Shown here: in pieces, positions 26,801-37,400 of the stretch
Layout: every line of letters begins with the position of its first letter
Numbering within the stretch: position 1 is the first letter of the stretch
DNA from: Acanthaster planci
Lineage: Eukaryota
Direction: 5' to 3'
Length of the DNA: 63,868 nucleotides
Assembly (NCBI RefSeq): GCF_001949145.1
Contig: NW_019091359.1
Coordinates: forward strand, 2,890,861-2,954,728
The notes under the pieces: model-generated
Seen by the model: only the letters and a program-made list of their open reading frames with translations
Told to the model about the DNA's origin: nothing
Databases searched by the model: none
Translations under genes and position numbers: made by a program

Positions 26801-29648
26801 CGATGGTGGCTGATTATGGATTGTGCATTTTCTGATTTGTTTTTTAATATGTTCAACATTTACCGGTATCTTGGATTAGATCAATGATACATGTACACCT
26901 CACCAAGCCGTAAATGTTGGAAAGCTGGTGGAAAGATGACAAACTGATCACACAATATATGCAAGAAAAGACAGAAAAAACAAATATTCTTGTGTTGCAG
27001 TAGTTTGCGTTTATGTGTGGATGAAATGTACAATAGAAAGGTAGCAGCAAGCCATGACTGGTACACGTACATGTAGTTGTACACTCATACAGTAAGAACA
27101 CAGCACTTACTGTGGACCAACCTTTTTCTCGCAGTTGCTTTCAATGAGCAGCTTTTTGTTTGTAATTTCAACAGAAAAAGAGAAAAAAAACCAACAACAA
27201 ACAGAGTGACCCAGAATGACATTGCGACAACAGTGCCTTCGGTTGTCCAAAAACAGCATGGAAAATTTTAAATGTCAAAAGAAGTATGTTTTCTGATTTG
27301 AAACGTTTTCAATTTGAAACCAAAAGGGATACTCAATAATATTCATGCTTTTAAGAGGAGTACATGTAGAAAGTAAGACAGATGTTCAAAATCCCCTAGA
27401 CTTATAATCTGGTTCATCCATACTTCATATCATGTACATGTATCGTACGTTGGTTTTTCTAAGCCCTAGTTTTTAATTGGCAGTTATTCCAAGAAAACAA
27501 GGCTTCATGTTCTCGATTTCCATATCTCTGCTCAGAATTCTTTGGAACCTGTTTGATTTGAAAAGCTACCTTAGTTCCATGAATGTTCGACCAAAGTTTG
27601 TGCTTTTACTTACATGTACTTGTATGTTGAACTCAAGGAAATGGAAAGGAAACAGACAAGTGTTGAGGTACATTGGCTGTTTGCACTGCGAGTCTGCGTT
27701 TCACTTTCTGTATAAATATGTACAAATGTACAAATCTAAAGAATAGTTCTTGGTTGTACGTGTTTTTGGTGAGATTTAACTGTCCTTTGTTATCCCAACA
27801 ATCACATTAATTATTGGTATACTTCTGTTTCCTGAGGGGTATTGCCCATGTTATTCTTTCCTATCCCTATCCAGTACTCCCCCATAAGGAAATGCAGAGA
27901 AACTGAAATGATTCACCTGTTAGCGCTGCTTAATTTGATTGACCATGATAGAGCAGCATTTGTCAGCTTTCTTGGTGTCCATTCCACAAGGATGTTTGTA
28001 AGCCCTGCGGTTATATTGTCTGCTAATGCTATTGTTTTACCGTTGAAAGAGGAAGAAGTAATTGTGCTCTTGAAACATAGTTGTGTATTGGGACTCTGTC
28101 AGCATGGCCCCCTTGATCCTGACTCTTCCCTGCCCCCACCCACGTGTACCGGTCGTATTTGTGTTCCGTCAGAATAAATAACTTTGCTCAATCTAGGGCT
28201 GTAACATGTAATTGCTTGCTAATTGCTTGCCAATTACATCTACATTCAAGGACTGTCACAACTTTGAAATTTCAAGCAAGTGAACTACCGAATGTCAGTG
28301 ATGATAGTTTAACCTAATCCTTGTTTTGTTGTTGTTGTTGTTGTTGTTGTTGACATTCACTTAAATGTTCTGTACATGTACATGTACATGTATGTACCCG
28401 GGAATGACTTGGTGTAAAAAAAAACTGACAGTTGCATTACACTAGGCTTGATGGAAGTTATTACTCATTGCTGGGATCTTGCAAAGGCTGTTGCTCAAAG
28501 CTGGGAAGTACCTTGTCCAATTTATCATAGAGCTATGGGGCCTATCCAGGCTGTCATTACCCAGGGGACCTTTGCAGGGGCTTGTAACCTGAGAATTACT
28601 CCTGAGGTTTTAAGGGTACAGTCCACTAATTCAAGCCCCATTGAAAATAGTGTAAAATCAGCACTATTCAGGGCCCAGTAACATGCATGCCAACATCCCT
28701 GAGATTTCTGAAACACAAATGAAATTCTTGTCTGGTCACTAATCTTTCAATTTCTTTGCAACTTTTTTGTGGGTTAACCAATTATATTTTTAATTATTCC
28801 CACAAAACAAAATCACCCCCCCAAAAGTGATTTTTTCCGAAGTCTGATTGCAGCCAGTTTTCAAGTGGCGACCCTGAACTTTCTCAGGCACTTACAACCA
28901 TTTTTCAACCGTAGTTTTCAGCCATTCTCCTTTCATATGAAAGCTCAAAGACCCAGGGAGTTGATCCTGGCAACAATTTACACAATCTCACCATTTTGGG
29001 GGCCAATCAATCTCCTTTTTCAAAAGATACTGCGGAGGCACTTTTGATACAAATAAGCTGGCTAGACATTCTCACTTGAATTAGTGGTCTGCACGGTAAG
29101 GAACAAGCTTAGCAGTATCACCATGGCAGTAAGGTTTGATGGGTCACCTTTGCCCCTGCTGGATCCAACCTTGGAGCTATAAAACCTATCCAACTAGTAA
29201 CTGTACATGTACCCTGGTTTACCAAAGTTTGCATTGGTGGACATGCGATGGACCAGGACATATGCAATAGGGTACTTGATGTTGTCTTTTGTTTTAGTTA
29301 CAGTTTCAGTTTATTCATTGATCTGAAGTAAAAAGAAAGAGGTGCAGTACATAGCACCCCAATCTGGTACTTTTACTTGGTACTTGTACTCAGTTGAAAA
29401 CTTAATATCGGTGTTTTTTGGGTTTTTTTTTCAAACTGGCCTCTGTTCCTTGCTCTGTGGTGCACCACAGTTGTGTTGGACAGTCGCAACAGTGTGAAGC
29501 CTATTTCAGTCTACACAAAGAAACATATTTATGTGTACCGTTGTGTGTTTATGTAGCTGGACGATGAGGTTCTTTGTTCCCTCTGCAATGCTGTACATAC
29601 TGGTACCGTACTTAAGGCAACATTTGTTGAATTTGTTCAGATTCAACA

Positions 29649-30126
29649 AATGCTGGGTCATAATTACAAATGGGGGTCGGAGTAGGTTCTAGACATTGTT
29701 CCCTTCCCTCCCTTATGGGGTCAGAGTTAATGCTGGGTCATAATTACAAATGGGGGTCGGAGTAGGTCCCAGACATTGTTCCCTTCCCTCCCTTATGGGG
29801 TCAGAGTTAATGCTGGGTCATAATTACAAATGGGGTCGGAGTAGGTCCCAGACATTGTTCCCTTCCCTCCCTTATGGGGTCAGAGTTAATGCTGGGTCAT
29901 AATTACAAATGGGGTCGGAGTAGGTTCTAGACATTGTTCCCTTCCCTCCCTTATGGGGTCAGAGTTAATGCTGGGTCATAATTACAAATGGGGGTCGGAG
30001 CAGGTTCCAGACATTGTTCCCTTCCCTCCCTTATGGGGTCAGAGTTAATGCTGGGTCATAATTACAAATGGGGTCGGAGTAGGTTCTAGACATTGTTCCC
30101 TTCCCTCCCTTATGGGGTCAGAGTTA
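29649..30126. repeat. 79-80-bp tandem repeat, 6 copies
   Basis: Units start at 29649, 29729, 29809, 29888, 29967, 30047 (aatgctgggtcataattacaaatgggg...tcagagtt). Confidence 0.97.
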
Positions 30127-31032
30127 TTGATGTTTTGTTTTGTTTGTTTTGTAACCAGAAGCACTTGTACAAGAATTTTGAGAGGTTGTTGCCATAGTTT
30201 GTTTGCTACATTGTTGCTACCAAGGCAACTCAGTTTCTTGCCTGTAATTTTCCTTGCTCTTATACATGTATTTATGCAGAGGTTCAAAGAGGCCATCTGT
30301 GAGAGTCATCTTCCAGGAAGTCAGATCCCGTGATAGTTCCACCCTGACCATGAACTGTGGCATATGCCGCACAGACATGTATGCAAGCTGGTACATGTAC
30401 CCTATGCAGGCTGGTACCCCTACATGACACAATTGACAGTATTTCTTTGTAGCATGACAGGGATGTGGTGTGCTGGTAGTTCTCTGAATTGTTTGTACAG
30501 TCTGCAGTTTGCAAAGTACCATTGGATTGATGTGGGGATACATGTACATGAAGTGTACAGAAGTGTGCACGTGTCGTGTCAAGCAAGGAAGTCAACACTC
30601 AAACACAGGAATCGTGATGCATGATTGCGGGCCACATATTTTAGAGGTACCATAACTCAGGGTGGTATGTAGTGCAGTGGTCTGAATTGAGGTACTGCAC
30701 ATGCTCAGCATTCCGACAAGGACAAGGGACCATTTGCTGTTTGGAAGGTCAGAGATTATCAAGTGCAGTGTTATCAAAGTGAAAGTGGATTAGTCGCAAC
30801 ACATACATGTATACAGAGAGGCATCCCACAGCAGGAAGAACGTGGTTTTTCATATCTTACCGATTGCTTGACAGGAAGAGTTGGAGTGGCTTGTGTTTTT
30901 ATGGGATTCAGAGACTGTTTTGATCGGCTTTAAAGAGGTAGAAATGTGAACTCTGTCAGGTGTATGGAACACCAGCTGTGCAAGGATTTGTAGCTGCATC
31001 CAGGAGAGAGAGATCAGGGTAAGCTACCTGTC

Positions 31033-31437
31033 ATGGGTCTGCCCGTTGATTCCAATCTGGCACCCGACACAAGGGACACAGCCAACCGTAGCTATTCATC
31101 TCAGAGCAGTGATGACTGTTCGCTCTTACGCATCACCAGCATCACGTCCAGCGTGAACACCTGCAGCAGAGGCAGCTTTTCCCAGTCCTCCACTACCCCT
31201 CTCCTGCTTGGGTCGCCCATGCAGGGGCACCTTCCTCAGCCCTCTGTAGCCAGCCCAGCATCCAGCTGTCAGCTCTGCTGCCGCTGGGACAGCCTCAGCG
31301 AAGAGGAGAAATTGAAAGAGTTGGTGAGGACGGTGTTCAGACAACCAGACAGCATCCGTTGGCAGACCCCCACGCGAAGAGTGAAATTGGAGCGAAATGG
31401 CAAAGGATCACTTGGTTTCAAATACACAAATGTCAAA
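31033..31437 (+). CDS. Roco-like gene coding exon 1 (Ser-rich N-terminus, start of PDZ)
   Basis: ORF ends GSLGFKYTNVK|gtaagt. Confidence 0.85.
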
Positions 31438-34400
31438 GTAAGTACATGTTTTCTTTGCTGTTAAAATCGTGCTTTTTATGCCTATGTCTATACATATGGT
31501 ATGTACATGAAGTGGCTTTTCAAATCTTGTGGCTTGATCTACGAGAGGTTTAGACACGTAGATCTTTGTCATTTGCATACACATGATCTCATGTTGACAA
31601 TAGAGATTCTATACAATGTAAGTCTTGAAGCTGTTACTGAATGTAATCATATACATGTATTTTCAAGATGTATTTTTGCATTTGGGAGATGTTAATTAAT
31701 GTAACGGGTTTTGCCCTTACCCAACGTATATATTCATAAACACTGTATGCTCAGTGCTTGTCCGAGAGCTTGCGGCAAGCTCGGTGGTCAAGTGGTTAAG
31801 ACATCTGCACTAGTAAGCAGGAGGTCGTGGGTTCGAGTCCCACCCAAGTAAGCTTGTGACTTTTTTGCAAGCTCTTGGGCAAGCACTGAGCATACAGTGT
31901 TTATTAATATTACGTTGGGTAAGGGCAAAACCCGTTATATAAATTAACATATACATGTAGTTGGAAACTTGAAAGTACGTTAGTGGCCTGCCTGACTTTT
32001 ATTTGCTCTGTCTGATCAGAACTGTTATTAAGGTCTTTCTGGTCGATACTACTATAGTATGCTGATTTAGTGTCTTTCAATATTCATGAGCATAACAGTA
32101 ATGCTAATAGAGTACCAAAGCATGACATTTTGACCTGGAAGTGGGGTGGCATGTGTTGGTTTACAAACGTGTTCTCGCATTGATGTCTTTTACATATACA
32201 TGTATACCGGTAATTGTGCCAGTGAAATAGTCACTTTTGTATTCTGTTTATGCTAGATGAAGCTGCAAGCTTCAGTGGTTCAGTTGATATTTCTCCAGAA
32301 TTTGTTGTGATGTTGGTCATAACGTTGGTTTTTTAAAAAAAAAGCAAGCGCAGAAACAAAACTTTCATTAAAAAAGGTAAATGCAGTTCATTTATTCTTG
32401 AAATAGTCGCAACATGTGCAGCATATTAAAATATTTGAATTGCATGTGTCTTGAAGTTTGTATGGATTACTACAAAATCATACAATGCTTTAAAGATTTG
32501 TTCGAGATTTCCTTATAAATGCCATTTCTCTGCACTGCATTTCATTGCAGGGAAAAATATCCTCGTACACACTGATCTCCGAGGTGTTCCACGATGGATC
32601 GTCTTTTGGAATAGTTGGTGTGGGAGAATGTATCCTTTCAGTCAATGGACAACCTTTGAACAGTGAAGAGGTACTAGTAGAAGATATTTCTGAGATGAAT
32701 GCAAAGAGAGATCAGGAGGGATAATGTGAAGTTGGAGCTATTGTTGTACAAACATACCGTAAAGGCGTTTCAACGGGCTGTAAGGGGGTGTGTCTTCCCT
32801 TTCCCCTCCTCCAAAAATGCCAAAAGAAGGAAGACAAGGGACCACCCCTCCCCCCACCAAAAAAAATCCTGTTCATGACAGTGTGAATGATCCACTTGGA
32901 TTTACATGGCAGAATATTCTTTTACAGTCATTCACATTCATTCTTTGAATTTGTAATTGTTCCAAGAGAATAGTACATGTATGTACTGTTACCCTTTGGT
33001 TTCCTGTTGCCTATGATGCTCAGCAATTCCTGTCAACATGTACTTGGATATTAGAACTCTTTTTTTTTCTCTCGCTTGCTTTTTTGGGGGGGGTGGTTTC
33101 TCTTGTGCTTTTTTTTTTTCTTGTCCTTTTTTGCTGGTGTTGGGAGGATTTGTTTTTTTTTTTTAAATCATTCCTAAGCATTTAGGGACAAAAGGTTATT
33201 GTAAGTTTCTGAATCCTTTCTGCTGGAACTTACATATACTTGTACGTACATTGACTGCGGTCTTCAGTCCCTGAATTGTTTACAAGGAGAGTGGACTTGC
33301 CTTAGGTAAACTGTGCCATTCTTGAATGTCAAGACCATACACTTATGCTACTTGTTTGCCATGTTGACTTGTCCTTGCTGAAAACATTTTTCATGGGCTA
33401 ACACCTTTTGAGAGCGAATACATGTACGTCATTGCAAAGGAAGAAAAATAGGCCATGAAAGCAGGGGGATTTCAGTCTTACAGAGCACAGATGATTAATT
33501 GTTTCTAATTTCTATAAATTATTTGTTTTCTATTAGGGTATTACATTACGGTCAGTTGTCAGTGTGGACAAAGACAAGCCTGTCTACCTCATTATTCAAC
33601 GCCCTGAGGCAATAAATTGTGGGAAGAAATGTCAGAGGTACAGCCTGCAAAGATCTGTCAGCAGTGAAAGACTCAATGGGGACATGAAAACTAGGGAAGC
33701 GCTTGAACTTGAAGAGGGAATGGACAGTGGTAACTCTTCCCACACTTCGTTGTCCTCGTCTGACAAGAGGGATGCCCTCCTGCCCAAAAGCCTAGAGCAC
33801 AGGCTCTCAGCTCTGGCCAACTCTGGGAATGTTTCCCGTCTGGATACCCTTATGCCGAGACTTCCCTTCTTGAGGATCCTGATTTCTGGCAGTCAGGCAG
33901 AGACACTGGCCACCTCGCTCGTGGGGCCAAGCATAGGCCAAGCGTTGTCAAAATCGAACGATGTTGGTGTGTATTACCAAGCTTGTTTGAGCCGAATTGG
34001 CTCCAAGCTCTCCTTGGCCGGATCACAGGAAGAACCCAAGAAGTGGGTAACGGAACTCTTGGAGTCTGTTGCTGGTAAGAACAACTTGAAACCCAATGCC
34101 TTGAGTGATCGCATTGAACTTGAGATCATAGCCTTGAAGTCTCATCCCTTCTCAGCCTACTGTCAGCACATCCTTGCAACTGCCCACTCCATCTTTGTCA
34201 TTCAGTTTAGCTGCCACGACTTCCTCAGTAATGAACGGTCAGTCCTCCTTGACATCCAAAGGCGGTTGAACAAGATCCGTACCTACACGTCCAATAGAGC
34301 CCCAGTCTATCTGGTAATGAGCGTTGACAATAGCTTGCCATCAGACCAGCTTACTGCCATCGGACAGAGACTTCACAGGCAGTTTGCCAAAGCCTTTATG

Positions 34401-37400
34401 AATCAGCTCCAGTACAACTCCACCACCAACTGCCCATGTTTCCAAGTTGTGGGAGCCAACCCAGCAAACGTCAGCCGATCATCCACTGACCTCCATCGTC
34501 GAGTGGATGTAGAGTCGAATTCTGACAGAGGGCAGTGCCGCATCATACCATCCAAGAAGGGCAACAGCCTGGACGTCAGCTACTGGGCTGGAAACAGCAT
34601 CCCAATGGGCATCATTAACCCACAGGATAGAGGTTTCGAGATGAGCAGCCTTCGAGACCACATTTTGCACCTCGCTTTCAAGCAGCCATTCATCACAGAT
34701 TGTTACCCCTATCTCTACCTCCTGCATCGGGAGAGAGTTCACCGTCTGAAAGAGAACGGCCTTCACTATGCTTTCAAAGCAGGAATCAAGAAGGAATGTC
34801 AGGAAATTACCTCAGAGAAGGAACTGCATAATTTGCTTTCTTTCCTTCACCACTGTGGAGACATAATATGTGCTGGTGAGTTATTATGTTAGCCTCCCAT
34901 TTCAAACACATTTTTCTTCCTAAGTAGAATGGATTGAGATTTCTGCTGCAGATGCATCGATTTGGAAATTTTTTCCAAGAAAAAGGACCTTGTTTATAGA
35001 TAATTCCTTTTCTTTGAAATGAAAAGTGAATGCAGTTTACAGTGTTAACTGATTTTAAGTCAATTTCTGTATTCAGTGTTCTAGTAAGTTTTTGACTTGT
35101 AACAATTGTGAGTGTGGCATTTAACCAGTACTGTCTGAAAACAATACCAGGAATATCATCCATTTTAATAAAAATTTCATGTATCTGCCTAAATTTGTGC
35201 AGATTTCCTTCCGTGTCGAAGTTCCAACAGCACTCTGTTCAGAATAACCAGTAACAACGTGTTACTGGACCGTTACCATCTCATCATGGCTACCAAACAG
35301 TTGACGACTATTCCTAGCCGCTCTGAACAACAGGACCCCCGCTTTCCAAACTCTATGCATCACTGGGAGGAACTTGGGCAGAGCTCTCTCGCCTCATCAG
35401 CATTCCTGGAACACCTACTGCGTTACGACCCCAAGAACGACCCAGGGAATCTGCTGACCACACTGGGCCTAATGGGTCTTATTCACTGCCTGCAGCAACC
35501 TGAGGCGGAGTCCACCAAGTACCTAGTGCCATTCTTCCTTCCTCAGGAGGCGCTGACCACCTCCCCTCCTCGTCATGGCTCCTCCTCTTCCTACCGGTTG
35601 TGCCTGGACTTTCATGGCAGCCTACCCGACGCATTTTTCCTAGCATGGCTGGTGCACTTGATGAGGAAGGTCTTTGAGACCCACGGTAGATGGCGCATCG
35701 ATGGGCCAAACTCAGCACAGCTGAGCCTAGCGAATGACTGCGAGATGGATGTGTCATGTGATGAGGTGGAGAGCCTCATCACAATCTCAGCAAGGTTAGG
35801 AAGAGGATACTTTCATATTCTCATATTCTCTTCAGTGAGTGGCTGTTGAAGTTGATCAGTGCCGTTAGCTCAGCTTATTCATTCTTGACATAAAGACAAT
35901 GCCATATAACCTTTGAACAGCCTGAGGCAATATCAGTGTTGAATGGTATATAGACCTTGCAGATGTTGTGACCCCAGAGCCTTACAAGACATTCACATAC
36001 ATATACATGTACATGTACATGTACATGTGCATGTACATATACATGTACATGTACATGTACATGTACATGTGCATGTACATGTACATGCTTGACTATCCTT
36101 GCAACTCACCCCTCCTTGCCGCCCTCCCTAAAAAAATTCAAGAGTGGTCTTTACGTCACAGTTGTAGTGTTATTGTGTCTTCCTCTCAACACCTACATGA
36201 CACTGACATATCCCCCAACAAAAATGGTATCCACTACACGATTAGTGGAAGAACCGGTACAGTACATGTTCAGTCAAGATTGAAATCAGAATACATGTAT
36301 TTGTATAAGGTTAAATCCAGAATTGCGTCCCTCCGTACTCAAACTGTTACATGTACATGTATGTTAATTTATTTACCGGTATTTGTCTTTTTGATAAACT
36401 GCTGGTGTAGTACAATGAAATATTCAGTTGTTTCTCAAAATGATGAAGCTTTGCTGAATGAGAAATTATCCCTTTGTGCTAGCAAAAATGCCCGAAGGGA
36501 TATATGTAATTGTAATGATAATAAGTTGTCACTTTTCAGATGTACTTTGCATTGGGGAGATGTTAATTTGAATTAACGTACAGTGTATATAAACACAGTA
36601 CACTCAGTGCTGTCCAAGAGCATGTGAAAAAATTCACAAGCTTACTTGGGTTGGACTTGAACCCACAACCTCCTGCTTATTAGTGCAGATGTTACTTTGC
36701 AGTGCAGGTGTTGCTTTGCAGTGCAGGTGTTGCTTTGCAGTGCAGGTGTTGCTTTGCAGTGCAGGTGTTGCTTTGCAGTGCAGGTGTTGCTTTGCAGTGC
36801 AGGTGTTGCTTTGCAGTGCAGGTGTTGCTTTGCAGTGCAGGTGTTACTTTGCAGTACAGATGTTACTTCGCAGTGCAGGTGTTGCTTTGCAGTGCAGGTG
36901 TTACTTTGCAGTGCAGATGTTACTTTGTAGTGCAGGTGTTGCTTTGTTATTAACTGCTTTAGTGATTCTGTTGTCCAAAACTTTGATGTAAAACTGAATA
37001 TTCAAATATTTAACACACTTTTAGGTCAATATTCACATGTGCAATTTTTAAACCTGACTTTAGCCAATTTTTTGTGGCTGTTGTAAAGGTTTACCGTAAG
37101 AAATACGTATATACCACTAAAATGTACTTACGAATTACTGCCAAAATTGGTACTTAAAACTCATCAGCTCCAATGTTTCTCATGAGTTATGAGGAGAGAA
37201 TTAATAAGGCATGAGGCATGTCATTCACTTCATACATCAGGGATCACAGTGCCCCCTGTTGTTGGTCCGGCCACATTATCAAAGTATGAATGTGAGGCCT
37301 AAAGAGTAACCCAGTTTACTGAATGTCAGTGTAAGTTGAAATGTCTATGGGAAAAAGGTATTACAATTGAAAATCTTGTTGTTTTACATGTACACTGTAT

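Noticed and set aside
29649..30126. CRISPR-like array
   Set aside because: Contiguous tandem units with no unique spacers, no cas genes, eukaryotic context.
31778..31850. Functional tRNA-Thr gene
   Set aside because: Extra nucleotide in the anticodon loop, broken acceptor stem, and embedded in a repeated element.
35968..36576. 202-aa ORF with YM repeats
   Set aside because: Driven by (TACATG)n within an intron; no protein-like features.
36683..36991. Cys-rich repetitive ORFs in three frames
   Set aside because: Product of a stop-free 19-bp minisatellite inside an intron.
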